From Escherichia coli (GTDB lineage: Bacteria > Pseudomonadota > Gammaproteobacteria > Enterobacterales > Enterobacteriaceae), in the NCBI RefSeq assembly GCF_050920415.1, contig NZ_CP169309.1: a stretch of 64,000 bases of DNA; one strand, 5' to 3'. Below the pieces are notes generated by a model. It did not search any database. It saw only the letters and a program-made list of their open reading frames with translations, and had not been told where the DNA came from. Each line of letters starts with the position of its first letter. The stretch's first letter is position 1. Shown piece by piece: positions 48,460 to 57,196 of the stretch. The translations under genes were made by a program, and so were the position numbers.

Positions 48460-49683
48460 TTATGGGGTTATATTCTGGTAATGATTTGATAAGCGAATTC
48501 TTTTGCCAGTTGGTATTTCTATTTCCACCCCATAATTTATAGTTTTTTCATCAGGTAGCGATCTCTTTAAATAAGGTGCGTATGACATTTTTTTAGGATG
48601 AAACGTATCGTGTTGAAATATTTCGAATTGATATTCAGACATTTCTGCCCATGTTTGAATTTTATTGTATCGGGAGAGTGTCGTAAAGGCTTTAACTTGC
48701 TTATAACATTGTTTTTGGAATTCTTGCTGATATTTTATTATGTCGTTGTATGAAAGATTATTTACCCTGGTTTCTAATAATTCTATTATTGTCGAAGCAA
48801 TTTCCGCTTTTGCTCTTAAAGAGTTGTCATTAATGGTTAATAATGTTGAAAATAAACCATTGATTTGTTTGTCAACATATTGTTCATCTTTATGTAATTT
48901 TGTGATAGGGTTTTCCTTATGTGAAAAAATAGTATCAAATAAATTTGCGTCAGTGAAGTTTACATTAAGTAGATCTTCGAAATAAAACCTTGACAAGGTT
49001 AGAACGAACCCGGACAGGTCCTGTCCTGTCATATTGAAATCAATAAAGTTGGTTCCAGCAAAGACTTTCATCCTGTTTTCATTTTTACTGTGCTCAATAT
49101 ACAACCTTGTCATTTTTTGGTACAAGCGTTGAATATCTTTTATATCAGTTGGTAGATCAGTTCGTTGCCCAGAAAAATTTTTATTTTCGGAAGAAACGGT
49201 TTGGACACTGAATCTTACTGGTATTCCCTCTTCTACGAGAATTTTAGTTATGATTGGCTTATTGGGCTTAGGATTAAAGACAACAATGATTTTAGATTCA
49301 GAGTTTTTATTCTTTTCGTATCTAATGTTATTAATCTGATTAAGTATTGATTGTGTCTGTTGCGTAAGTGGTGTCGAACTTATCGTTTCAATGTTATTAA
49401 TAAGTTTTACAAGTTGAGCCACAACTTTTGAGTAGTCTGCATTTGTATATGTGGTGTTCGTGTGGCACGCATTAATTTGTTGGAGTTGTTGTTTCGCTAA
49501 ATCAAATTGTTCAGCGTTATATCCTTCTTCAGACAATGAAAAATTAACGGGTTGCTGTTCTTCCTGATTATCACAAGGCCACATCGGTGTGTTTGGTGTT
49601 TTAACATTGTCGGTATCTGTTGTGCGGTTATAAATATCGCCGTGATATGTGTTTATCATACCTGGGGTAAAGTCAATTGACAT
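48460..49683 (-). CDS. AT-rich hypothetical protein, 407 aa, possibly an uninterrupted yhiS ortholog
   Basis: Low-GC ORF rich in N, K and Q; segment [41 protein letters not shown] resembles pentapeptide-type repeats. Sits between slp and the ars region, where K-12 has an IS5-disrupted yhiS. Confidence 0.6.
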   Translation of the reverse strand: MSIDFTPGMINTYHGDIYNRTTDTDNVKTPNTPMWPCDNQEEQQPVNFSLSEEGYNAEQFDLAKQQLQQINACHTNTTYTNADYSKVVAQLVKLINNIETISSTPLTQQTQSILNQINNIRYEKNKNSESKIIVVFNPKPNKPIITKILVEEGIPVRFSVQTVSSENKNFSGQRTDLPTDIKDIQRLYQKMTRLYIEHSKNENRMKVFAGTNFIDFNMTGQDLSGFVLTLSRFYFEDLLNVNFTDANLFDTIFSHKENPITKLHKDEQYVDKQINGLFSTLLTINDNSLRAKAEIASTIIELLETRVNNLSYNDIIKYQQEFQKQCYKQVKAFTTLSRYNKIQTWAEMSEYQFEIFQHDTFHPKKMSYAPYLKRSLPDEKTINYGVEIEIPTGKRIRLSNHYQNITP

Positions 49684-50263
49684 AACATTCCTTATTGTTC
49701 ATCTATTTCGCTAAATTTTTGCAAATCGGAGAATTAGAACAGGAATGGATTTTCTTCTACGCGGAAATAAACACAATGCGTCATATCTTCCTGATATAAT
49801 TACCTTTAACTTCCCTTTCATTTCCACCCGGTAATATTTGTGTATAAAAAAAGGGCAGTGATAGTATCGTAAAGGAAAACATTAACAACTATCAAAAAGC
49901 GCTCATTTTAAAAAGTTATGATGTTCTCCGATAGTGTGTGAAGTGATATTTTTGTGATGTTTTAGATGTGTAATAATGAACCAGGTTGAAGTGTATTTAA
50001 AAATGTGTTGTATTGGCGACTGAAATCTGCCCTTTAAAAGGGGGGATAGCACTGAGACAAAGAGGCATTGCTTCTCCGATAAAATGTCAGAGAAGCATGA
50101 TTGCGTGGTGATTGTCGATTGATGACTTACTGACGGATCCGTCATCATTCTCAAAGCATTAGTTAAGTTATTTGTGATTTTTAAGGATTATCCTATCTAT
50201 GATTTTCTACTCAGAAGGATAAGACACTCACAATGCTCCTTATAGTTTACTGCTGGCATCTAT

Positions 50264-51277
50264 TTAAAATAGCATTTGAGTCAAATAGCCCATCAAGATA
50301 GCCATACCTAAGATAACCGTCAGGAATGCAACTATCATCGGTATTCTGAACATTGATTTAAGTAATATCACTTCCGTCAGGCTTGCTCCGGCACTGCCGA
50401 TGATTAATGCCATTAATGCTCCCGGACCCATTCCTTTTGTCATCAGAACAGATGCCAGAGGGATAACCGCCTCTGCCCGGATATACAGCGGGATTCCGAC
50501 AACGGCGCTCAATGGGATGGCGAAGGGATTATCTGCCCCTGCATGAGCGGCAATCCACTCTGAGGGAATAAAGCCATAAATAAAAGAGCCTATTAATACC
50601 CCTAACAAAAGATATGGCAGTACATCTTTAAACTGTTGCAACGCATCTTTGGTGGCTAGTTTTATGGGATTAATACTTACCACAGCTTTGGTACTGCAAC
50701 AGTTTACTACAGGTTTCTCAATGGCTTTAGCCGCTGGACTACAGCAACTCACTTTTATTGGCGTATAAGTCGTCCCCGGCGAAGTTTTGGCTGGAGAGCA
50801 ACAATTTGCTGATGAGCTTTTACTGGCAATGATATGACGTTCAAATCTCAGAGAATCCAGGATAATACTGGCAAGTACGGAGACGCCGGCGGCGATAATC
50901 GCGTACAACAAGGTAACTTTCCAACCAAAGGTCACCCACATTAACCCGACGATAATGGGATTAAGTAACGGTGAAACAAATAAAAAAGTGAGAGTCGGAC
51001 CAAACCCGGCTTTCGCTGACAACAATCCACGTAGCATGGGTATTGTCGAGCAACTACAGAACGGGGTAACGGCTCCCAACAGAGCAGCCAGGAGATAGCC
51101 TCTCCCTTTTCTGGCCCCCATCATCTGCTGGATTTTATGGTCTGGCACCTTTTGTCTTATCAGGCTGACACCGGCACTAATCACTATAAACAGCAAAGAA
51201 AGCTCGACGGCGAGAAACACAAACATCTCTGCGGCATCTTGCAGCATCGCAAGCCAACTACTCATAAGTAACCTCAT
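50264..51277 (-). CDS. Cysteine-rich polytopic permease of the DUF318/ArsP-like type (putative metalloid or organoarsenical efflux permease)
   Basis: 337 aa with multiple TM segments; TPFCSCSTIP motif; central hydrophilic loop with three vicinal Cys pairs (NCCS, SCCS, NCCS). Divergent from an ArsR-family regulator. Confidence 0.7.
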   Translation of the reverse strand: MRLLMSSWLAMLQDAAEMFVFLAVELSLLFIVISAGVSLIRQKVPDHKIQQMMGARKGRGYLLAALLGAVTPFCSCSTIPMLRGLLSAKAGFGPTLTFLFVSPLLNPIIVGLMWVTFGWKVTLLYAIIAAGVSVLASIILDSLRFERHIIASKSSSANCCSPAKTSPGTTYTPIKVSCCSPAAKAIEKPVVNCCSTKAVVSINPIKLATKDALQQFKDVLPYLLLGVLIGSFIYGFIPSEWIAAHAGADNPFAIPLSAVVGIPLYIRAEAVIPLASVLMTKGMGPGALMALIIGSAGASLTEVILLKSMFRIPMIVAFLTVILGMAILMGYLTQMLF

Positions 51278-51289
51278 TGAATAAAACTA

Positions 51290-51311
51290 TATTTCCAGAA
51301 TAATCGAAATA
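51290..51311. promoter_or_regulatory. Candidate operator, palindrome 1, in the permease/regulator divergent intergenic region
   Basis: TATTTC-N10-GAAATA dyad (tatttccagaataatcgaaata). Confidence 0.4.
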
Positions 51312-51324
51312 AAGTTCAGATCAA

Positions 51325-51350
51325 GATATTTCTGGTATTATCGAAATATC
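51325..51350. promoter_or_regulatory. Candidate operator, palindrome 2
   Basis: GATATTTC-N10-GAAATATC with perfect 8-bp inverted arms, 37 bp centre-to-centre from palindrome 1 and about 25 bp upstream of the regulator ATG. Confidence 0.45.
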
Positions 51351-51372
51351 AACCAGACAGAGGGGGTGACAC

Positions 51373-51693
51373 ATGCAATTGGAAGAGGTCGCTAAGGCAC
51401 TGAAAGAGTTAGGTCATCCGACCCGTTTGTTCATATTTAAGCATCTGGTCAAAGCGGGGGAACAAGGTTTGCCGGTCGGTGAGTTGCAAAAGCAGCTTGG
51501 GATACCCGGCTCTACACTCAGTCACCATATTTCAGCACTGGTATCGGTAGGGTTGGTCAAACAAAACCGTGAGAGTCGGACGCTGATGTGTGTTTCGCAA
51601 TACGCAATGCTGGAAGCGATAATTGAATTCTTACGTGAGGAGTGCTGCGTAAACAGCAAAACAGATAGCGAAGGAGCCACGAAGAACAAATAA
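51373..51693 (+). CDS. ArsR/SmtB-family winged-helix transcriptional regulator (accessory, second ArsR-type gene)
   Basis: 106 aa; LGHPTRLFIFKHL...PGSTLSHHISALVSVGLV is a typical ArsR HTH; C-terminal cysteines (LMCVSQ...EECCVN) rather than the helix-3 CVC site; AGGGGG SD before the ATG. Confidence 0.75.
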   Translation: MQLEEVAKALKELGHPTRLFIFKHLVKAGEQGLPVGELQKQLGIPGSTLSHHISALVSVGLVKQNRESRTLMCVSQYAMLEAIIEFLREECCVNSKTDSEGATKNK

Positions 51694-51708
51694 GGGGGCA
51701 TATCCCCC
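51694..51708. terminator. Compact bidirectional terminator between the accessory regulator and arsC (convergent)
   Basis: gggggcatatccccc hairpin flanked by T-rich sequence on both strands in a 20-bp convergent gap. Confidence 0.45.
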
Positions 51709-51713
51709 TATAG

Positions 51714-52139
51714 TTATTTCAGGCGTTTACCCGCTTCATCAACCACTTTCTCGCCATCTTCCTTGGTGAACGCGCCTTGTTGCGCATCTGGCAGAATTTC
51801 CAGCACGACTTCTGAAGGGCGGCACAGGCGAGTTCCCAGCGGCGTCACCACAATCGGGCGATTAATCAGAATCGGGTGCTGAAGCATAAAGTCGATTAAC
51901 CGATCGTCAGTAAATTTATCTTCTGCAAGGCCCAGTTCCTCATACGGCTCGACGTTTTTACGCAACAGCGCGCGTACGGAAATCCCCATATCGGCAATGA
52001 GTTTGACCAGCTCATCGCGCGTTGGCGGTGTTTCCAGATAATAGATAATGGTCGGTTCTGTACCGCTGTTGCGGATCATCTCCAGCGTATTACGCGACGT
52101 GCCGCAGGCCGGGTTGTGATAAATAGTAATGTTGCTCAT
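51714..52139 (-). CDS. arsC: Arsenate reductase ArsC (glutaredoxin-type)
   Basis: 141 aa, MSNITIYHNPACGTSRNTLEMIR... Confidence 0.93.
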   Translation of the reverse strand: MSNITIYHNPACGTSRNTLEMIRNSGTEPTIIYYLETPPTRDELVKLIADMGISVRALLRKNVEPYEELGLAEDKFTDDRLIDFMLQHPILINRPIVVTPLGTRLCRPSEVVLEILPDAQQGAFTKEDGEKVVDEAGKRLK

Positions 52140-52151
52140 ATCAGTATCTCA

Positions 52152-53441
52152 TTACGATGTGAAAGAGAGACGAAGCGCCAGCGCGGTAAGCGTCACAAAC
52201 AGCACCGGCAGGGTCATGATAATCCCTGTACGGAAGTAATATCCCCAGCTGATAGTCATATTCTTCTGCGAAAGTACGTGCAGCCATAGTAGCGTTGCCA
52301 GGCTACCAATCGGTGTAATTTTCGGCCCCAAATCGCAGCCAATCACGTTGGCATAAACCATCGCTTCTTTGATGACACCAGATGCCGTGCTGCCATCAAT
52401 GGACAACGCGCCAACCAGTACCGTCGGCATATTGTTCATAATAGAAGAGAGGAAGGCGGTGAGGAATCCGGTGCCGAGTGTCGCCGCCCACAGGCCGTGA
52501 TCCGCCAGCACGTTGAGTACTCCAGAAAGATATTCCGTTAGTCCGGCATTGCGCAGGCCATAAACCACCAGATACATGCCGAGCGAGAAGATGACAATCT
52601 GCCAGGGGGCACCGCGCAGCACTTTACCCGTATTAATCGCATGACCGCGTTTAGCGACGGCAAATAATATCAGCGCGCCCACTGCCGCAATGGCGCTTAC
52701 CGGAATGCCGAGCGGTTCCAGGACGAAAAATCCCACCAGCAGAAGCAGTAAAACAACCCAGCCAGTTTTGAAGGTGGCAGGATCTTTAACCGCTTCTACG
52801 GGAGATTTAAGCAGCGCCATGTCGTAGTTCTGCGGAATATCTTTGCGGAAATAGAGATGCAACATCACCAGGGTAGCCAGTATTGCAGCGATATCCACCG
52901 GCACCATCACCGAGGCGTATTCGCGAAAGCCGAGGCTAAAGAAATCTGCCGAAACGATATTCACCAGATTGGAGACAATAAGCGGCAGGCTGGCGGTATC
53001 GGCAATGAATCCGGCCGCCATAACAAACGCCAGCGTAGTGCCTTTGCTGAACCCTAAAGCCAGCAGCATGGCGATGACAATCGGCGTCAAAATAAGCGCC
53101 GCGCCATCATTGGCAAACAGGGCCGCAACGGTAGCACCGAGCAGGACAATCCAGGTAAACAGCAAGCGACCGCGCCCATTGCCCCAGCGTGAGACGTGCA
53201 GCGCCGCCCATTCAAAAAAGCCGGACTCATCCAGCAGCAGGCTGATGATAATGACGGCAATAAACGCAGCCGTCGCGTTCCAGACGATATTCCACACCAC
53301 CGGAATATCGCCCGGATGGACCACGCCAGTAACTAACGCCAGTACGGCGCCCAGTGTCGCACTCCAGCCGATGCCTAAACCTTTCGGCTGCCAGATAACC
53401 AATACGATGGTCAGGACAAAGATAGCGCCCGCCAGTAACAT
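52152..53441 (-). CDS. arsB: Arsenite/antimonite efflux pump ArsB
   Basis: 429 aa from the minus-strand ATG at 53441 ([17 protein letters not shown]...); the listed ORF is 7 codons longer. Confidence 0.92.
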   Translation of the reverse strand: MLLAGAIFVLTIVLVIWQPKGLGIGWSATLGAVLALVTGVVHPGDIPVVWNIVWNATAAFIAVIIISLLLDESGFFEWAALHVSRWGNGRGRLLFTWIVLLGATVAALFANDGAALILTPIVIAMLLALGFSKGTTLAFVMAAGFIADTASLPLIVSNLVNIVSADFFSLGFREYASVMVPVDIAAILATLVMLHLYFRKDIPQNYDMALLKSPVEAVKDPATFKTGWVVLLLLLVGFFVLEPLGIPVSAIAAVGALILFAVAKRGHAINTGKVLRGAPWQIVIFSLGMYLVVYGLRNAGLTEYLSGVLNVLADHGLWAATLGTGFLTAFLSSIMNNMPTVLVGALSIDGSTASGVIKEAMVYANVIGCDLGPKITPIGSLATLLWLHVLSQKNMTISWGYYFRTGIIMTLPVLFVTLTALALRLSFTS

Positions 53442-53495
53442 CATGCCTCCTGGATAAAACACATTCGAATATTCATATGTGTTTAGATAAATTTT

Positions 53496-53849
53496 TTAAC
53501 TACAAATATTCTTACTGTCTGCGGAACAATTTTGTCTGGCGAGGTTACGGACAATCACCTGAACCTTTTCCTGTTCGCATCGCCAGGCCTGCTCAATAAT
53601 TTTCGCCGCCCATGCTGGAATATGCGGCGATAAACGGTAATGAACCCACTTTCCTTGCTTGCGGTCCAGCAATAGCCCACTTTCACGCAGTAATGCCAGA
53701 TGGCGGGAGATCTTGGGCTGCGACTGATCGAGGGCAGTGCACAGATCGCAGACGCATAACTCTCCCAGTTCGCTGAGCAGTAAAACGATGCCCAGACGGG
53801 TTTCATCGGCAAGAATTTTGAAGAGTTGGATGGGTAACAGAAATGACAT
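53496..53849 (-). CDS. arsR: Arsenical resistance operon repressor ArsR
   Basis: 117 aa with HTH and ELCVCDLC metalloid-binding motif. Confidence 0.93.
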   Translation of the reverse strand: MSFLLPIQLFKILADETRLGIVLLLSELGELCVCDLCTALDQSQPKISRHLALLRESGLLLDRKQGKWVHYRLSPHIPAWAAKIIEQAWRCEQEKVQVIVRNLARQNCSADSKNICS

Positions 53850-54000
53850 ATTGCGCTCCTGATTGTTGCACTTAGTGTCTCTCTTCGAAGCGGATAAGTC
53901 AAAAACATATATGTTTTAACGAATGCATAAGTGCAAAAGTAAGTAATAGGTGTGAATTTTGAGTTGGGTATTCATTTGAAAGGAAGGCTGAATCAGGATG

Positions 54001-54083
54001 TAAAAAAACCGACTTTGCGTCGGTTTTTTACTCTTCAGCCAGAGTTGGTGGCTCTGGCTGGAGTGAGAATGCCCACATCTAAC
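54001..54083 (-). ncRNA. agrB: AgrB small RNA (antisense regulator of dinQ)
   Basis: Repeat unit with terminator hairpin aaaaaaaccgactttgcgtcggtttttt at 54002-54030; segment complementary to the dinQ 5' region; spacing to arsR matches K-12 as I recall. Ends are approximate. Confidence 0.5.
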
Positions 54084-54234
54084 GGTTCAATACTATTAGC
54101 CAGTGGCTAACATTGCAAGCGTTAGCGATTTCTTCAGCTGGCGAAGGGACAGTTTGCTATACATGGTGGTGAAAGAGGATTGATATACTTTCATCGGGTC
54201 GCTGCCGTACCAAGCCTTGTCCGAATCCGGACGT

Positions 54235-54319
54235 AAAAAAACCGACTTACGTCGGTTTTTTTACTCTTCAGCCCTGAGTTGGTGGCCCTGGCTGGAGTGA
54301 GATAGCCATCATCTAACAC
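54235..54319 (-). ncRNA. agrA: AgrA small RNA (paralog of agrB)
   Basis: Second copy of the same unit, with hairpin at 54234-54262. Ends are approximate. Confidence 0.5.
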
Positions 54320-54379
54320 ATCAATGCTAATACCATACTGAAACTATTGCAAGGACATGCTGGTTTTATAACCCGCAAG

Positions 54380-54399
54380 TACTGTATGATTATCCAGTT
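54380..54399 (+). promoter_or_regulatory. LexA (SOS) box in the dinQ promoter region
   Basis: tactgtatgattatccagtt = CTGT-N8-CCAG, one mismatch from the CTGT-N8-ACAG consensus. Confidence 0.5.
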
Positions 54400-54590
54400 G
54401 GCTCTGAGGCATTTTCACTCTGGCAATGCGCATAAACGCTTTCAAAGTCCTGATCAGTGGTACGGGTGGTGCCGTTAACTGATGCTCTGGCCGGAGTGAG
54501 ATAGTCGTCATCTAACAATGAGGCATGCGCCGTGACAGGCAGTGGATGAGTAAGCGGATGCATTCTCACTCCATCGCATGGAGAAAACGG

Positions 54591-54674
54591 GTGATTGATA
54601 AAGCAATCATCGTTCTTGGGGCGTTAATTGCGCTGCTGGAACTGATCCGCTTCCTGCTTCAGCTTCTGAACTGA
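54591..54674 (+). CDS. dinQ: DinQ type I toxin, 27-aa membrane peptide (GTG start)
   Basis: GTG at 54591; translation (M)IDKAIIVLGALIALLELIRFLLQLLN; single TM helix; below the ORF-track length threshold. Confidence 0.65.
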   Translation: MIDKAIIVLGALIALLELIRFLLQLLN

Positions 54675-54727
54675 TAGCGGAAACGTAACTAAGGGCAAAG
54701 AGCACACCACTCTTTGCCCTTTAACAT

Positions 54728-56080
54728 TTAACGCATGGTAACGAACTCTTCTGCCGCCGTTGGGTGAATGGCGACGGTATTGTCGAAGTCTTTTTTGGTT
54801 GCGCCCATCTTCAGCGCCACTGCGAAGCCCTGCAACATTTCATCCATACCAAAGCCAATGCCATGAATACCGACAATCTTCTCTTCCGGTCCAACGCACA
54901 CCAGCTTCATGCGGCACGGCTGGCGGTGAGTGGTGACGGCGGTATACATCGCGGTGAAAGAGGATTTATACACTTTCACCTGATCGTCGCCGTATTGCTC
55001 GCGCGCCTGCGGTTCCGTTAAACCAACAGTCCCAATCGGCGGATGGCTGAAGACCACGGTCGGAATATTGCTGTAATCCAGATGCTCATCCGGCTTGTTA
55101 TTAAACAGGCGTTCAGAGAGGCGGCGGCCTGCTGCAACTGCCACCGGTGTCAGTTCCACTGCGCCCGTGTTATCGCCCACCGCGTAAATACCTTCAACGC
55201 TGGTATTTTGATATTTATCGACGACGATATAGCCTTTTTCGTTGGTTTTTACGCCAGCGGCTTCGAGGTTAATGTTGTCATTGGCAGGCTCGCGACCAAT
55301 CGCCCAAATCAGGCAATCCACCGTTTCACTGCGACCATCTTCCAGCTCCAGCGTCAGGCTGCCATCGGCATTTTTCACTACCGCTTTCGGGATGGCGTTG
55401 GTGTGCAACTGCGGACCTTCGGCGTTCATCACTTCGACCAGCGTTTCAGAGATCATCGGGTCGAAGCTGCGCAGCGGCGCATGTTTACGAACAAACAGAT
55501 GCGTTTTCGCGCCGAGGCCGTTAATCACGCCCGCCAGTTCAACGGCGATGTAACCCGCGCCAACAACCGCTACACGCTCTGGCAAAGCAGGAAGGGCGAA
55601 GAAGCCATCGGAATCAATACCGTATTCCACGCCCGGAATATCCGGGTGGCTCGGGCGACCGCCGGTGGCGATCAGGATATGATCGGCCGTGATGGTTTCG
55701 CCGTTTACTTCAATTGTTTTGGCATCAACGAAGCGGGCAAAGCCTTTGATTACATCAACGTTATTTTTACCGAGCACGTTTTCATAGGAGGTATGAATAC
55801 GGTCGATATAGGCGGTACGGCTGGCGATCAACGTTTCCCAGTTGAACTTATTGATGGTGGTATCGAAACCATAATCCGGGCCGTACATGTGGATCGCTTC
55901 ACGGATTTGCGCCGCGTGCCACATCACTTTTTTCGGCACGCAGCCAACATTCACGCAGGTGCCGCCCAGTTCTTTGGCTTCAATCAGCGCGCATTTCTGA
56001 CCGTACATAGCCGCGCGGTTGATGGAGGCGATACCGCCGCTGCCGCCGCCGATGGCGATGTAATCATAGTGTTTAGTCAT
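54728..56080 (-). CDS. gor: Glutathione reductase Gor
   Basis: 450 aa; FAD motif GGGSGG; redox-active CVNVGC. Confidence 0.95.
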   Translation of the reverse strand: MTKHYDYIAIGGGSGGIASINRAAMYGQKCALIEAKELGGTCVNVGCVPKKVMWHAAQIREAIHMYGPDYGFDTTINKFNWETLIASRTAYIDRIHTSYENVLGKNNVDVIKGFARFVDAKTIEVNGETITADHILIATGGRPSHPDIPGVEYGIDSDGFFALPALPERVAVVGAGYIAVELAGVINGLGAKTHLFVRKHAPLRSFDPMISETLVEVMNAEGPQLHTNAIPKAVVKNADGSLTLELEDGRSETVDCLIWAIGREPANDNINLEAAGVKTNEKGYIVVDKYQNTSVEGIYAVGDNTGAVELTPVAVAAGRRLSERLFNNKPDEHLDYSNIPTVVFSHPPIGTVGLTEPQAREQYGDDQVKVYKSSFTAMYTAVTTHRQPCRMKLVCVGPEEKIVGIHGIGFGMDEMLQGFAVALKMGATKKDFDNTVAIHPTAAEEFVTMR

Positions 56081-56151
56081 GACATATTGTCCTTATCGTT
56101 GATTACCGCGATTGTAGCGCGAGACGTAATAGGTGCCAGCGATGGCTGCAA

Positions 56152-56994
56152 TTACTCTGGCACGATCCAGCTTACGGTGGCATGCCCGGTGCCAGCCGGA
56201 ACCAGTTTGCTGTGCAACCACGGCAACACGTTATTCATCTGCTGTTCCAGTTTCCACGGCGGGTTAATCACAATCATGCCGGAAGCGGTCATGCCACGGC
56301 GATCGCTGTCTGGCAGTACCGCCAGTTCAATTTGCATAATCTTGCGAATACCGGTCGCTTCCAGCTCGTGGATCATGCGCTTGATTTGCTGACGCAGCAC
56401 CACTGGATACCACAGCGCGTAGACGCCTGTGGCAAAACGTTTATATCCCTCGTTAATGCCGCTGACCACCGCCTGATAGTCGGTTTTCATTTCATACGGC
56501 GGGTCGATAAGGATTAAACCACGGCGAGAAACCGGCGGCAGCTTGGCTTTAAGCTGCTGGAAACCGTCGGCTTTTTCCACACGCGCACGGCTGTCTTTCT
56601 GAAATTCAGCACGCAGCAACGGGTAATCGCTCGGGTGCAGCTCGGTCAGTTGCAGACTGTCCTGCTCGCGCAGTAGCTGGCGAGCAATCAACGGCGAACC
56701 TGGGTAGTAACGTAACTGCCCGCTACGGTTAAAATGTTCCACCACGCTGATGTACGGTTCCAGCTCCGCAGGCAGATCGTCCTGCTGCCAGATACGGGCG
56801 ATACCTTCGAGATATTCGCCGGTACGCTCGGCATGTTCACTGCCTAACTGATAACGCCCCGCACCCGCGTGGGTATCCAGATAGAGAAACGGTTTATCTT
56901 TCTCTTTCAGTGACTCGATGATCAGGCTCTGAACGGTATGTTTAAGGACGTCGGCGTGGTTGCCAGCGTGAAAGCTGTGGCGATAACTGAGCAT
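56152..56994 (-). CDS. rlmJ: 23S rRNA m6A2030 methyltransferase RlmJ (YhiR)
   Basis: 280 aa from the minus-strand ATG at 56994 (MLSYRHSFHAGNHADVLKH...). Confidence 0.88.
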   Translation of the reverse strand: MLSYRHSFHAGNHADVLKHTVQSLIIESLKEKDKPFLYLDTHAGAGRYQLGSEHAERTGEYLEGIARIWQQDDLPAELEPYISVVEHFNRSGQLRYYPGSPLIARQLLREQDSLQLTELHPSDYPLLRAEFQKDSRARVEKADGFQQLKAKLPPVSRRGLILIDPPYEMKTDYQAVVSGINEGYKRFATGVYALWYPVVLRQQIKRMIHELEATGIRKIMQIELAVLPDSDRRGMTASGMIVINPPWKLEQQMNNVLPWLHSKLVPAGTGHATVSWIVPE

Positions 56995-57196
56995 GGGTAA
57001 AGGTGTTCCGGTAAGTAAAAATCGGCCCGTATTCGGGGCGCACAAAAGCCTATCAGGACAGTATACCGAAAAGAGGCCGTCGCCGCGAAAGCGTAACGTT
57101 TCTCATTGAAATTCACTACACTTAACCCCATGCTACACACATTATGTAAAGCGCCTGTTGAGCGCTTCCTTAACCTCTTTAACCAGGACTGCGCTA

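Noticed and set aside
49684-50263. Possible element or sRNA in the 580-bp AT-rich gap between the 407-aa ORF and the permease gene, including the imperfect palindrome around 50027-50045
   Set aside because: No terminator-like U-tract, no convincing ORF (the 49903-50154 translation looks non-coding) and no repeat structure; most simply the promoter region of the 407-aa ORF.
55043-56392. 449-aa plus-strand ORF antisense to gor and rlmJ
   Set aside because: It lies entirely opposite the well-supported gor and rlmJ coding sequences; long antisense frames are common in GC-rich genes, and the translation is low-complexity.
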